This document shows, piece by piece, positions 44,178 to 54,529 of a DNA stretch of 64,000 nucleotides. The notes under the pieces are model-generated. The model was given only the letters and a program-made list of their open reading frames with translations, made no database searches and was not told the DNA's origin. The stretch comes from a virus (Duplodnaviria > Caudoviricetes). The stretch's first letter is position 1, and every line of letters begins with the position of its first letter. The translations under genes and the position numbers were made by a program. The stretch is taken from positions 1 to 64,000 of IMG/VR virus record IMGVR_UViG_3300028048_000060; one strand, 5' to 3'.

Positions 44178-45896
44178 ATGATAAACGAAGAATATCTAAA
44201 CACTCCCTCACGTAAACTTCCCAAAGATAAACGCTCGTTCAACGAGTTTATATACACTGAAGTCTTTAAACAGAATGATATCTCATTGTCTGATTTTCTT
44301 TATAAAGTAAGCACCTTATGGAAGACTGAGAAGTTTAACTGTTTTCTAAAATACATTCAAACAGTTGAAGATTTAGAGTATAAGAACACTGACTTTAGAT
44401 TTGTAAGTGCGTATTATCGTAAGTGCCTTTATATCTGCCCAGGTTGTGGAAAAGAATCACTCACAAGGTATTGTAGTCAGAAGTGTTCTAATGTAGACCC
44501 TGAAGTTAAGAAAAAGAAAGCACAGACATCACTAAAACACTTTGGAGTTCCTAATCCAGGTCAGTCTGAACAAGTAAGGGAGAAAATTAAAGAAACATCA
44601 ATAAAACACTTTGGGGTTCAGTGTTCGTTTCAAGCAGAGTCTGTTAAAAATAAAATGAAGGAAACGAGTCTTCGAAAGTTCGGTGTAGAACATCCTATGA
44701 AGTCGGATATCGTTAAAGAGCATCAAAAAGAATCTATAAGAGAACGATTAGGTGTAGATTATCCTATGCATTCTAAGGAGGTTCGTGAAAAATCGAAGAA
44801 GACTTGTTTAGGAAAATACGGAGAAGAGAATGTCGCTAAGTCAGATTACTTTAAAGAAAAGCTATTTAATACTAACTTTAATAAGCATCACAAGAATATT
44901 CAAGACTTTAACCATGAGTTTATAAGAGAGAACTTCATAGAAGACTGTAAGTTCAAGATTCAAGAGTTTGAGGATTACTTCGGGATAAACTCACGTGTAG
45001 TAGCTAATCGTTTTAAAAGAAAACTTGGAATCCTTGAGCAGAATAATGATAGTTATATAGACCAGGGATATTCAAAAGAAGAAAAGGAACTCTTCGAATG
45101 GATTCCAACAGAAAATAAAGTATGTAATATAAGGTCTATTATAAATCCGTTGGAATTGGATATGTATCTTCCTGATTATAAACTTGCGATAGAATATGAT
45201 GGTGCCTATTATCACTCAGAACAGTTTAAACCCGAAGGCTATCATATTTTTAAGACATCAGAGTGTGAGAAACATGGAATTCAGCTATTACACATCTTCG
45301 ATTTTGAAGATATCGAGATATGGAAGTCTATAATATCAGGAAAGTTAAAGAAGAATACTAAAATCTTTGCAAGAAAATGCACAGTAAAGGAATTATCCTT
45401 CAATGAAGCAAAAATGTTCTTAGAGGAAAATCACCTACAAGGTTCCTGTCCTTCAAAGTACAGATATGGATTATTCTATAACGGAGAATTAGTCCAAGTA
45501 ATGACGTTTGGAGTTCCTAGGTTTAATAAACGGTATGACTTCGAGTTATTAAGATTAGCTTCTAAGAAGTTTACCTCCGTAGTAGGTGGCGCGTCAAAAC
45601 TCTTGAAATTCTTTAGAGATTCTCACACTGGGTCTATTATATCCTATGCCAATCGAAGGTTCTCTTTAGGTGATGTTTATAGAAAACTAGGGTTTAGACA
45701 ACTCGGGATAACTAATGTAAACTATTTTTATGCAGGGCATAACGAGGTTCTTACTCGATACCAGTGTCAAAAACATAAACTCAAAGACCTTTTAGAGAAC
45801 TTTGACCCGTCTAAGACAGAGTCAGAGAATATGAGACTAAACGGATATTTTAAAGTCTTCGATTGTGGAAATCTTATATTCTCGCTAATAGCATAA
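44178..45896 (+). CDS. Hef-like homing endonuclease (repeat region, Vsr-like nuclease, GNAT/Mom-like C-terminal domain)
   Basis: CPGC..YCS..C; five (T/S)....(F/Y)G...P..S..V.E repeats; ELDMYLP..KLAIEYDG.YYH; C-terminal HLQG...ELLRLAS...GGASKLL...ISYANRR....YRKLGF; own promoter TTGAAA-17-TATAAT at 44120-44148. Confidence 0.8.
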   Translation: MINEEYLNTPSRKLPKDKRSFNEFIYTEVFKQNDISLSDFLYKVSTLWKTEKFNCFLKYIQTVEDLEYKNTDFRFVSAYYRKCLYICPGCGKESLTRYCSQKCSNVDPEVKKKKAQTSLKHFGVPNPGQSEQVREKIKETSIKHFGVQCSFQAESVKNKMKETSLRKFGVEHPMKSDIVKEHQKESIRERLGVDYPMHSKEVREKSKKTCLGKYGEENVAKSDYFKEKLFNTNFNKHHKNIQDFNHEFIRENFIEDCKFKIQEFEDYFGINSRVVANRFKRKLGILEQNNDSYIDQGYSKEEKELFEWIPTENKVCNIRSIINPLELDMYLPDYKLAIEYDGAYYHSEQFKPEGYHIFKTSECEKHGIQLLHIFDFEDIEIWKSIISGKLKKNTKIFARKCTVKELSFNEAKMFLEENHLQGSCPSKYRYGLFYNGELVQVMTFGVPRFNKRYDFELLRLASKKFTSVVGGASKLLKFFRDSHTGSIISYANRRFSLGDVYRKLGFRQLGITNVNYFYAGHNEVLTRYQCQKHKLKDLLENFDPSKTESENMRLNGYFKVFDCGNLIFSLIA

Positions 45897-46107
45897 TAGT
45901 CTAGTAGCATAATCAAATAAATTTAAGCCCTTAGTTTTCTAAGGGCTTTTATTTTCTCTCAGAATATCTAAAATTTTTATTCTGTATCTTTATATAAAGA
46001 ACTAAGATTTAAACTTTAATGTCTTTAAAACATCTTTTGTCTTTAAACAAAAATCCTTTGAAGTTCTAAGATATATAAAATATAATAAATAAAACGATTT
46101 AAATGAA

Positions 46108-47031
46108 ATGGAGAATATAATGAATTTTTTAAACTACCCTGAAGTTGATATTGCACGAAGAAACCTAGACAAAGAAATTGAGTTAATTTGGACTGGATTT
46201 AGAACCTGTTACTCTAACAAAGTTAACTATGACGATATGTATCCATTTAAACTTGATTTCTCAACAACTGAATTAAAAGAAAAATCTTATTCTATTATTA
46301 AAGACATAAAGAATTTTTACATAAAAGAACTTTGTAAGACCTTTGGTGAACTCAAAGAAATTTCTAAAAGGTTCAACTACAGTGTTCCTGGATATATTGA
46401 ACATTTTACACAGGAAAACCTAGAACTGTTCTTCGACTCAGAAGTGTCTGCATTAGGACAGGCAATCTCAGAAGGGACTGTGTGTCTTAATGAAAAGGCT
46501 AAAGAAGGATATGAGTTTCTTAGAAGTATCTTAGCATGTAAGTGGGTCTATCCAAAGTTAAGAATAGGTCATGGAAGTCCTTTAGAACATGGTGTTATTT
46601 CATTTAAGGTTAAGAATTGTTCCAGAAGTCTCACACATCAGTTGGTAAGACACAGAGTAGCTTCCTATTCACAGTCATCACAAAGATATATCTCAGAGGA
46701 CCCTGATAACTTAGAGTTTGTTATTCCTAAGGAAATCCAGGGTAATCCAGAAGCACTAAAGATTGTAGAAGAATACCTGGAAAATCTAAGTTCCTCTATA
46801 AAGAAATTAAAAGAATTAAAAGTAAGAAATGAGGATATAAGATGTATTTATCCAAATGCTATTACAACTGATATCCAAGTCACAATGAACTTCAGAGAAC
46901 TAAGACACTTTATTGGTCTTAGATTGTCTAAACATGCACAGGATGAAATCAGAAAAGTTGCTTTTGACTTATTGTGTTATATGTGTCTAAGTGTTCCTTT
47001 TGTATTTGCTGACCTAACAGAAGTAGAATAA
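46108..47031 (+). CDS. thyX: FAD-dependent thymidylate synthase
   Basis: GHGSPLEH, SRSLTHQLVRHRVASYSQSSQRY, MNFRELRHFI.LR...HAQ.EIR. Confidence 0.95.
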   Translation: MENIMNFLNYPEVDIARRNLDKEIELIWTGFRTCYSNKVNYDDMYPFKLDFSTTELKEKSYSIIKDIKNFYIKELCKTFGELKEISKRFNYSVPGYIEHFTQENLELFFDSEVSALGQAISEGTVCLNEKAKEGYEFLRSILACKWVYPKLRIGHGSPLEHGVISFKVKNCSRSLTHQLVRHRVASYSQSSQRYISEDPDNLEFVIPKEIQGNPEALKIVEEYLENLSSSIKKLKELKVRNEDIRCIYPNAITTDIQVTMNFRELRHFIGLRLSKHAQDEIRKVAFDLLCYMCLSVPFVFADLTEVE

Positions 47032-47223
47032 TCTATTAATCTATATCCCTAAAGGTCTCCTAAATGGAGGCCTTTTCTTTATTAATCAATTTAAAGCATT
47101 TTAAAATCATTATCTTTATATAATAAACCAAGATTTAAATGCTTAAATGCTCTAAAGCCCCAAGCCTGTTCTGAATGTTATATAAAGTTTGTCCATCCAG
47201 TGTGCTCAAATAGTATAGATAAA

Positions 47224-47275
47224 TTTGGGTTAAACCCAAAAATATCTTGATATTAAACTCAAAATATATTATAAT
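47224..47275 (+). promoter_or_regulatory. early promoter with upstream palindrome
   Basis: TTTGGGTT-A-AACCCAAA, then TTGATA-17-TATAAT. Confidence 0.85.
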
Positions 47276-47307
47276 ATTAAACATAAAGAGATTAAGGAGT
47301 AAAGACT

Positions 47308-47526
47308 ATGAGAGCAAAAATAGTTAGAGACTGGCTTAACGAAACAGCATTTACAAGATGTTTAAAGGCTAAATTTTTCCGTATAGTTAGGTCTGATGGT
47401 AAACAGTTGTATGACCAACTTGAAGCAAGGAAGTATCCCGAATTTATACATATTACACCTGTTCTAAGAATGGAAGTAACAAATATCGAAGAAATAGAGG
47501 AATATTTTATTGTCACTGTAAAGTGA
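47308..47526 (+). CDS. hypothetical protein
   Basis: RBS AAGGAG; first gene after an early promoter. Confidence 0.6.
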   Translation: MRAKIVRDWLNETAFTRCLKAKFFRIVRSDGKQLYDQLEARKYPEFIHITPVLRMEVTNIEEIEEYFIVTVK

Positions 47527-47552
47527 TTTATAGGATTACAGGAGTAAAGACT

Positions 47553-47900
47553 ATGAGAAACGATAATTACAAGAGTTTTATCCCAACCAGAATGCCTAAT
47601 GGCTTACCTTATGAGTTTAAGTTCCATCACCTGCTTGACTTCGCAGACTATGGTGGTAAAATCAAGAACATCAAAGAATGCTTCAATAACATCTTAGAAG
47701 ACAACAAGTTTGACATTAAAGCACTCGCAGAACTGTATGTAGCTCTAAATGTCAGAATATGGTTCCACTATGAGAATGGTAACGAAAGATTTGCTAGACT
47801 TTACAACGAGTTCTTCTGCAAAGTAAAGAGATACGTTTACTCTAAGAAAGCCAATTTCTCACAGGAAGACTTAGATTATTTCTTTGATTTCACAGATTAG
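47553..47900 (+). CDS. hypothetical protein
   Basis: Start at ATG 47553 with the same 19-bp RBS/start block as 47308; ELY.ALN.RIW.HY motif. Confidence 0.65.
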   Translation: MRNDNYKSFIPTRMPNGLPYEFKFHHLLDFADYGGKIKNIKECFNNILEDNKFDIKALAELYVALNVRIWFHYENGNERFARLYNEFFCKVKRYVYSKKANFSQEDLDYFFDFTD

Positions 47901-47950
47901 TGATTAACAATACAAGAGGGACTCTCAGAGCCCCTCTAAAAGGAGATTTT

Positions 47951-48484
47951 ATGTGCAAAATAGACAAAACTAAGATTTACTCAGTTATTGATATTATTAA
48001 AGGAAATTTCGACACAGACTCTGATGCCTTTTCAAAAGGATACTTTACAAACGACCTAGAGTCACTTAGTGGAGATCCTGCCGAATTCGTAGCAAAAGCA
48101 CAATTCCGCAAATTAGAGAACACAACCCTTTGTGATTATGCTTTTAGAGCATCAGATGGAAAATGGTACAAGTACTTTGTTCCTGAGGATGGCGTAGAGT
48201 TAGAAAACACTCCTAAGTCTAAGGACTTTATTACTCTTAGAGACTTTCTAAGAATCTTTGATTCGAACCTAAGGTCTAAGAGACGAATAGAAGTCTTTGT
48301 TTGGGATGACAAAGAATACGATGGTCTCATCTCAGACATTCCTGAGGATTCCACATACTTAGATGGTGAAGTGATAAATTTCAGCACTTACATAGATGAT
48401 GGATTCTCCGAATGTGGAGAAAGGAACTATGACAAAAGAACACTTACACTTGAGCCAGTGTTGACAGTATTCATAGAAGACTAA
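47951..48484 (+). CDS. hypothetical two-domain protein
   Basis: RBS AGGAG; N-half resembles the 53572 ORF, C-half belongs to the TL.DFL family. Confidence 0.6.
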   Translation: MCKIDKTKIYSVIDIIKGNFDTDSDAFSKGYFTNDLESLSGDPAEFVAKAQFRKLENTTLCDYAFRASDGKWYKYFVPEDGVELENTPKSKDFITLRDFLRIFDSNLRSKRRIEVFVWDDKEYDGLISDIPEDSTYLDGEVINFSTYIDDGFSECGERNYDKRTLTLEPVLTVFIED

Positions 48485-48529
48485 CAGAGAACTATTTAGG
48501 GAAAATATGAAATAGGCTATTAGGTTATT

Positions 48530-48730
48530 ATGACATTAGATGATTTTTTAAAGACTAAAATGTTATCTGTTTTTAACGATATAAACATTTACTTAAATGG
48601 TGAACTTGTATTATCAGGCGTAGATGTTTATACTGTCTCACTGAATTCTAAGTATGATATCTATAAAAGCTATGTTGTTATAACAGCACAAGAAAACTTC
48701 AGTGAACTTTCAATCTTTTTGAGTTTTTAG
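48530..48730 (+). CDS. hypothetical protein (TL.DFL family)
   Basis: MTLDDFL...INIY...Y.V......L.I. Confidence 0.55.
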   Translation: MTLDDFLKTKMLSVFNDINIYLNGELVLSGVDVYTVSLNSKYDIYKSYVVITAQENFSELSIFLSF

Positions 48731-48767
48731 TGGTAAATAAAAATTTGTCTTTAACTAAAATTTTTCC

Positions 48768-48796
48768 TTGAATTTAACCCCAAAATACATTATAAT
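48768..48796 (+). promoter_or_regulatory. early promoter
   Basis: TTGAAT-17-TATAAT-AATAAACATAAAG; palindrome-like site 48744-48760. Confidence 0.8.
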
Positions 48797-48830
48797 AATA
48801 AACATAAAGAGATAGCAATGGAGAACAGAT

Positions 48831-50138
48831 ATGATTTTAGAAATCTTAGAACAACTCAGAAATACAACCTCTACTAAAGAGAAGTTTAATATCCTTTTAA
48901 GTCATAAAGACAACAAGGAATTAGAAAAGGTCTTAAAGTACACCTACGACAAGGTAAACTTTACTTATGGTGTAACTTCAAAGACTGTCTTGGACTTTGA
49001 TTCCAACGAATACTCAGACAAAGAAATGTTCGAAGTCTTAGATATTCTTAACAGAAGAGAAGTAACAGGTCATAGTGCATTAGCATTAGCAAAGAACTTC
49101 TATGTTTCATGTGATAAGACAATTAAGGATTTATTCCTTAAAATCTTAGACAGAGACTTAAAGATTGGTGTCAATGAAAAGACTTTGAATAAGGTCTTTA
49201 AGGGAATTGTTCCAAAACCTTTCTACTGCAGATGTGGCCTACTCTCAGAAAAGACTTTAAAGAAGTTTGTATTTCCTGGATATATCCAGTTAAAGTGTGA
49301 TGGTACTTACAGAGAAGCATACGTCCACAATGGCATTGTAGAGTTTAAGACTCGTTCAGGTGAGTCTTACAAGAACCCAGTCTTAGAAGAAATTCTGAAG
49401 ACTCTTCCTGATGGATACTACTTAGGTGAGTTTACCTTAGGAAGGGCGGATAATCCTGATGCTAACAGAGCAGAAGGAAACGGAAACATTAACTCAGATA
49501 ATCCTGACTATAACAACATCCACTTCACAGTTTGGGACTGTCTAACTGAAGATGAATACGCCTTAAAGGATTCTAAGAGAAACTATGACGAACGTCTTAT
49601 TGATATGCGTTTAAATATCGAAAGACTCAATTCACCATTAGTCCAGGTCGTCCCAAGTCTTAAGGTTTACGACATTGAAGATGCTTTAAAGGCTACTTCA
49701 GACTGGATGAACAAAGGACTTGAAGGTGGTGTTCTTAAGTCATTTAACATGAAGTTCAAGAATGGAACTTCTAAAGAACAGTTAAAGATTAAGTTAAAAG
49801 TCGATGTTGAAGTTAGATGTACTGGATTCTTAGAAGGAACTAAGGGAACTAAGTACGAGGGAAAGAACAAGGTTATTACTTTCGAAAATGACGAAGGAAC
49901 TATCAAAGGACAGTGTTCAGGAATGACTGACTCTATGGTAGATGAGGTCACTAAGAATCCTGAAAAGTATATTGGTAAGGTTCTGAGTGTTCAGTTTAAT
50001 GACTTGACCAAAGCAGAAGGCCACGAATTCTATGCATTAAGCCATCCAAGATTTATGGAGTGGAGGGACGATAAGGACGAAACTGACACTCTTGAAAAGG
50101 CTATTCAGTTAAGAGATATGGCGAGAGGATTAAAGTAA
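48831..50138 (+). CDS. gp30: ATP-dependent DNA ligase
   Basis: Motif I IQLKCDG; LGEF; VWD; EGGVLK; KIK; OB fold SG..D...IGK...V.FN...SHPRF..WRDDK. Confidence 0.93.
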   Translation: MILEILEQLRNTTSTKEKFNILLSHKDNKELEKVLKYTYDKVNFTYGVTSKTVLDFDSNEYSDKEMFEVLDILNRREVTGHSALALAKNFYVSCDKTIKDLFLKILDRDLKIGVNEKTLNKVFKGIVPKPFYCRCGLLSEKTLKKFVFPGYIQLKCDGTYREAYVHNGIVEFKTRSGESYKNPVLEEILKTLPDGYYLGEFTLGRADNPDANRAEGNGNINSDNPDYNNIHFTVWDCLTEDEYALKDSKRNYDERLIDMRLNIERLNSPLVQVVPSLKVYDIEDALKATSDWMNKGLEGGVLKSFNMKFKNGTSKEQLKIKLKVDVEVRCTGFLEGTKGTKYEGKNKVITFENDEGTIKGQCSGMTDSMVDEVTKNPEKYIGKVLSVQFNDLTKAEGHEFYALSHPRFMEWRDDKDETDTLEKAIQLRDMARGLK

Positions 50139-50191
50139 TAAGAACTTAAAGAGGATTTTTTAAATCCTCTTTTATTATAATAGGACAATAA

Positions 50192-50686
50192 ATGAAAATT
50201 GAAGAATTATCCAAGATTGTTAGTATGTTTCAGGAAGAGACAGAAAAGGAATTTTCGAGAGTTCTGAAAGAAAAAGAAAAGGTGATTGGATGGAAGGAAG
50301 CCCTGTGTATTCTGTCTACAATGAAGAAAATGCTTGACTTTATCAAGGCACTAATTGACGAGCCAAATGATGAAGACCCTGATTCCTTAACTGTCTCTGT
50401 TAATCCTGAAAGCAAAGTAGCAACAATTAGGACTCCTGGAAGATACAAAGACCAAGATACTACCCTTATAGTTCGTGTCTCAGAGGCTCCTGTCCCTGCT
50501 CCTGGTGAATTTAAGTTTGATTTTAAGATAGAATACCTCCACACTGAAGGTCAAGAAGAAGTGCTTCAGGAGACATTTTTCTGTTGTAAACCTTTCTGGT
50601 ATCTAGTACAACACGAGCAAGATAAACTGAAAAGATTTAAAGAAGACAACGCTGAGAACCCTTTAGAATGGAGTAACAGATTATGA
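50192..50686 (+). CDS. hypothetical protein
   Basis: RBS AGGA; 164 aa. Confidence 0.6.
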   Translation: MKIEELSKIVSMFQEETEKEFSRVLKEKEKVIGWKEALCILSTMKKMLDFIKALIDEPNDEDPDSLTVSVNPESKVATIRTPGRYKDQDTTLIVRVSEAPVPAPGEFKFDFKIEYLHTEGQEEVLQETFFCCKPFWYLVQHEQDKLKRFKEDNAENPLEWSNRL

Positions 50687-50868
50687 TAGTAGCAGAAGTT
50701 TTAGCCAAGTCATCACCTAGAAAGGTGATTCATATTATCGACGATAGTGGTGAAAGTTTCTTTTGCGGAATGGTAAAGGACTGCCCGGTTGAACTCTATG
50801 GTCTAGAAGTCTACGACACTGCTAGATGGTTTGTAAGAGTTAAGTCAGTAAAGCATGAGGGATTTTAA
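50683..50868 (+). CDS. hypothetical protein
   Basis: ATGA overlap; RBS GGAG. Confidence 0.55.
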   Translation: MIVAEVLAKSSPRKVIHIIDDSGESFFCGMVKDCPVELYGLEVYDTARWFVRVKSVKHEGF

Positions 50869-50952
50869 CACTGACATCATTCAAATGTTCTCAAAAAGAG
50901 TTAAAGCATTAAAGATTATTTGTTTAATTATTATAAGACATAAGGATTTAAA

Positions 50953-51204
50953 ATGAATCTTGAAGGAACTCTTAATACACTTTCTCAGTTACAGTGCAGA
51001 ACAAATATCTATTCTATTTGTGTCCAGGAGATAATTGGCTTTGGAAAGTTCAGGACTGTCTTAGAAGAAAAGTTTATTAAGAGCATTAAAGAAAACAAAG
51101 ACTTTAATAAGTATAAGTCTTATCATACTAAAGAAATTCAGTTTTTATCTGGGAAGTGTTATATCTATATTATAGACAGATCAAATCTGTTTAAATTTGA
51201 ATAA
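50953..51204 (+). CDS. hypothetical protein
   Basis: RBS AAGGA. Confidence 0.55.
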   Translation: MNLEGTLNTLSQLQCRTNIYSICVQEIIGFGKFRTVLEEKFIKSIKENKDFNKYKSYHTKEIQFLSGKCYIYIIDRSNLFKFE

Positions 51205-51222
51205 TTAAGGAGTCAAACCTAG

Positions 51223-51444
51223 ATGACTGTTGAAGAACTTATCAAAGAGTTACAAAAGATTGAAAATAAGAAAAGTTGTGTTAAGGTAGCTATTAATCCT
51301 TATGGCTTCCTAAAATACGAGGCTATTCGTGATGTAAGAGTAGCTGATGATAAGGAAAAGGAGACAGTCATTCACCAACAGAATTTACGACACTTTACAG
51401 ATAATGGCTATGTAGTCATTGAAGGTGGAGGAAGGGGCGAATGA
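51223..51444 (+). CDS. hypothetical protein (MTV.ELI..L family)
   Basis: RBS AAGGAG. Confidence 0.6.
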   Translation: MTVEELIKELQKIENKKSCVKVAINPYGFLKYEAIRDVRVADDKEKETVIHQQNLRHFTDNGYVVIEGGGRGE

Positions 51445-51752
51445 AAGAACTGAAAGACCTTATTATAAGCAAAGACATAACACAAAAAATGTCAGTATCA
51501 GAAATGAAGAAACTTGATAACCAATATGGTTGGTTTGCTGACGACACTAAAGAATTTGAAGACTTAGGTTTGTGCCCGTATGATTCGCTCGATATTTCAG
51601 TACATGATGGGTCTCTAAGACTCTACTCGACCCATAATGAGTGGAAATATTTTCTTCCTGTTAAGAACTTACAGAGGTACCTAAATATGCTTGTAGGATT
51701 AAAGGAAGTCCAAAATATACAGATTAACGCTTTAATGTCAGGGAGGTTATAA
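51441..51752 (+). CDS. hypothetical protein
   Basis: ATGA overlap with upstream gene. Confidence 0.55.
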   Translation: MKELKDLIISKDITQKMSVSEMKKLDNQYGWFADDTKEFEDLGLCPYDSLDISVHDGSLRLYSTHNEWKYFLPVKNLQRYLNMLVGLKEVQNIQINALMSGRL

Positions 51753-51753
51753 G

Positions 51754-51996
51754 GTGTATTATTTTTATGAAATATCTGAAGAAGAATATAAAGAACTTTT
51801 AAGAGACTCTAAGATATTAGAAGTTCTAAAAGAACGAGGTGTTGAGAACTGGGATGGCTATGAAGATGCCATAAAGGAAAATGAGGAATACATTAACGAC
51901 TATGATGACATCCTGGATGAAATGCCAATAAGAATAGGTTATGATATTAACTTAGAATGGATAAAGAATACAGAAGCTATGAAAAATACTAGATAA
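51754..51996 (+). CDS. hypothetical acidic protein
   Basis: I...EY..LL.DS..L..L...GV.NWDGY..A motif; GGAGG RBS, GTG start. Confidence 0.65.
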   Translation: MYYFYEISEEEYKELLRDSKILEVLKERGVENWDGYEDAIKENEEYINDYDDILDEMPIRIGYDINLEWIKNTEAMKNTR

Positions 51997-52008
51997 CGAG
52001 GTATAATA

Positions 52009-52293
52009 ATGTTTTTATTCAAGAAAAAGCAGAACAGTGTTAAAATTGTTAATGAGGATAGGATGACTCTTGATGAGTGGTTAAAGAGTAACATGAACGT
52101 CCCTCATTATCTGTATGTCTTTACTAGAGTTGAAGAAAAGGATACATATGAGTTTAAGTTTAGAAGTTTACCATCTTCAATTTCGTTAGAAGACTACTTA
52201 AAGTATAAAGATTATATTATAGATAATTGCTATGTTATATTGAGATACGGTGATTCAACTGAGATTAACATGTTTTTATCAGATAAAGTTTAG
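52009..52293 (+). CDS. hypothetical protein (TL.(D/E) family)
   Basis: RBS GAGG. Confidence 0.55.
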   Translation: MFLFKKKQNSVKIVNEDRMTLDEWLKSNMNVPHYLYVFTRVEEKDTYEFKFRSLPSSISLEDYLKYKDYIIDNCYVILRYGDSTEINMFLSDKV

Positions 52294-52405
52294 AGTCCTA
52301 ATATAGGCCTAAAAATTATACAAGCAACAAATAATTTTTATATTCATAAGAGAAGACTTTGTCTTCTCTTCCAAAAATTTTTTGACTTTAACTCAAAAAA
52401 AATCC

Positions 52406-52434
52406 TTGATTTTTCTTTTAAAGTCCTTTATAAT
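52406..52434 (+). promoter_or_regulatory. early promoter of the rtcB-NAD cluster
   Basis: TTGATT-17-TATAAT-AATAAACATAAAG; palindrome-like site 52381-52397. Confidence 0.8.
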
Positions 52435-52461
52435 AATAAACATAAAGAAAGGAGCAAAGAT

Positions 52462-53556
52462 ATGATTTTAAAAGGAAAGTTCAATCAAGCATTTATTCAT
52501 GCTGAAACTATAGAACCTCAGGTTATCAACCAAATCAAGGAATTCTTAAACACTGATTTATCAGAAGGTTCTACTATCCACATTATGCCTGACACACACT
52601 CAGGGAAGGGTTGTGTAGTAGGTTTCACAATGACTATCTTAGATAAGTTATGCCCTAACTTAGTGGGTGTTGACGTGGGTTGTAACATGACTTGTATCAA
52701 GCTTCCAAAGGACACTAAGGTTCTTCCTGAAGTCTTCTTAGAAGCATGTAAGAAGATTCCAAATGGCGTTGGTTCAAATGCTGGAAGACCTCCTAAGTTT
52801 GTAGATGTAGATTCTATAGGTTTAGATAAACTGACTTTTGAACTTAATCATACTGAAACTGTGATTAACTCAATAGGTTCACTGGGTTCAGGAAACCATT
52901 TCATTGAACTTAATGAAGATAAGGAAACTGGAGACCATTATATTGTTGTTCATACAGGTTCTCGTAACTTAGGACAACAGGTTTGTGGTTATCATATGCG
53001 AGTAGCAAAGACTGACCACTCACGTGGAGACCTGTCTTATCTTACAGGACTCAACTTAGATAACTACTTACATGATATGAAGATATGTCAAAACTATGCG
53101 TTGTCTAACCACAAGGAGATTTACTCTAAGTTATTAGAACTTTTAGGTGTGAGACTCTGTAAGACAGAAGTTTTTACTACTATGCACAACTACATAGACT
53201 TCAATGACCATATTCTTCGTAAAGGTGCTATCTCTTGTCAAGAAGGGAAGAAAGTTTTAATTCCTTTTAACATGCGAGATGGTTCTGTGATTGGTGTAGG
53301 TAAGGGAAATCCTGAATGGAACTTCTCAGGTCCTCACGGTGCAGGTCGTATTCTGTCAAGAACTCAAGCAAAGCAGTTAATCACCTTAGAAGACTTTAAG
53401 GAGTCAATGAAGGGAATAACAGGAACTATTTGTCAAGAAACTATTGATGAAGCACCAATGGTTTATAAGAAAGCAGAAGAAATTGAACGCTTAATCTCAG
53501 AAACTGTAGAAGTGACTAATCACTTAAAGGTATTAGCTAACTTTAAGGGATTTTAG
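52462..53556 (+). CDS. rtcB: RtcB RNA 2',3'-cyclic-phosphate/5'-OH ligase
   Basis: MPDTHSG, GVDVGC, GSGNHFIE, HTGSR, HNY, RKGA, HGAGR, DEAPMVYK. Confidence 0.95.
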   Translation: MILKGKFNQAFIHAETIEPQVINQIKEFLNTDLSEGSTIHIMPDTHSGKGCVVGFTMTILDKLCPNLVGVDVGCNMTCIKLPKDTKVLPEVFLEACKKIPNGVGSNAGRPPKFVDVDSIGLDKLTFELNHTETVINSIGSLGSGNHFIELNEDKETGDHYIVVHTGSRNLGQQVCGYHMRVAKTDHSRGDLSYLTGLNLDNYLHDMKICQNYALSNHKEIYSKLLELLGVRLCKTEVFTTMHNYIDFNDHILRKGAISCQEGKKVLIPFNMRDGSVIGVGKGNPEWNFSGPHGAGRILSRTQAKQLITLEDFKESMKGITGTICQETIDEAPMVYKKAEEIERLISETVEVTNHLKVLANFKGF

Positions 53557-53571
53557 GAGAAGACAGGCGGT

Positions 53572-54093
53572 ATGATATTAGATAAGAGAATTTTGAAAGG
53601 AAAGACTTACTTAGACTGTTTTGACACAGAAGAAGCAAAACAGTTCATTGGGAAGAAGTGTTATTTCACTAGAGACTTATCAAGGTTTGAAAATCTGGAT
53701 GGTCCAGGAGTGTATAAAGTCACTTTAACTGATATTTCGGACCACTATGAAGTGTGTTATGGTTCTGATGAACTCGGGATTCAGCAGTGGGACTATGCAC
53801 GCTTTATTATCCCTTGTGAATGGGTAAAGGGGGCGATTGAAAAGAAGTACAGACCTTACAAAGATGTAGAAGAATTCTTTGATGATGTAGGATGTACTCT
53901 AGGCGATGTTATTCGTTTTAGGAAAAGGGATACTACCGAAGAGGAATACCACACTTTATTGACCGGCTTCAAAGGAAATGCAAGAGTCAATATAGGTCTA
54001 GGTGATGGAGGTTATTATAGTTTAAATGACTTATTCAGCTTATTTGAGTTATATACAGCAGATGGTTGGAAACCTTTTGGAATTGAGGAGTAA
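53572..54093 (+). CDS. hypothetical protein
   Basis: IGKKCYF; KYRPY; C-terminal GWKPFG.E. Confidence 0.65.
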   Translation: MILDKRILKGKTYLDCFDTEEAKQFIGKKCYFTRDLSRFENLDGPGVYKVTLTDISDHYEVCYGSDELGIQQWDYARFIIPCEWVKGAIEKKYRPYKDVEEFFDDVGCTLGDVIRFRKRDTTEEEYHTLLTGFKGNARVNIGLGDGGYYSLNDLFSLFELYTADGWKPFGIEE

Positions 54094-54109
54094 AGGGTGA
54101 AATACGAAG

Positions 54110-54355
54110 ATGCTAGAACAGGATATTAAATATTGTACAGAGAGTCTCCCTGTAAGAGTAGGTGATTTACTCTATCTTTTCAGTGACGGATATGGTCACG
54201 TAAATTATAATGTAGAAATAACCGATGGAGATGCTACTGTAACGTTTGAGGATTTTCCTGAGTTATCTGAGGAAATATCTAATTATGATAACTGTATTGT
54301 TACACATGCTTATTTTGAAGATTGTTGGCTATGTATACATGTTAAGGAACTGTAA
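54110..54355 (+). CDS. hypothetical acidic protein
   Basis: Operonic spacing; V.DLL family-like. Confidence 0.55.
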   Translation: MLEQDIKYCTESLPVRVGDLLYLFSDGYGHVNYNVEITDGDATVTFEDFPELSEEISNYDNCIVTHAYFEDCWLCIHVKEL

Positions 54356-54529
54356 ATGACTATTAGTGAAATGATTGAAGAACTTGAGAAAATCAAAGAA
54401 GAGCATGGAGACTTACCTGTTAAGACTTGGGAATATGACTCGTTGTATGAGGAATATTATTTAGATGAAGCGAATTATCCTGAATATTATAGCTCCAGTG
54501 ATGAAGAATGTGTTGTAATAGGACAATAA
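54356..54529 (+). CDS. small protein (MT..E.I..L....HGD..V family; absent from the ORF track)
   Basis: RBS AAGGA; MTISEMIEELEKIKEEHGDLPV...VIGQ*; abuts both neighbours; resembles the 59598 ORF. Confidence 0.7.
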   Translation: MTISEMIEELEKIKEEHGDLPVKTWEYDSLYEEYYLDEANYPEYYSSSDEECVVIGQ

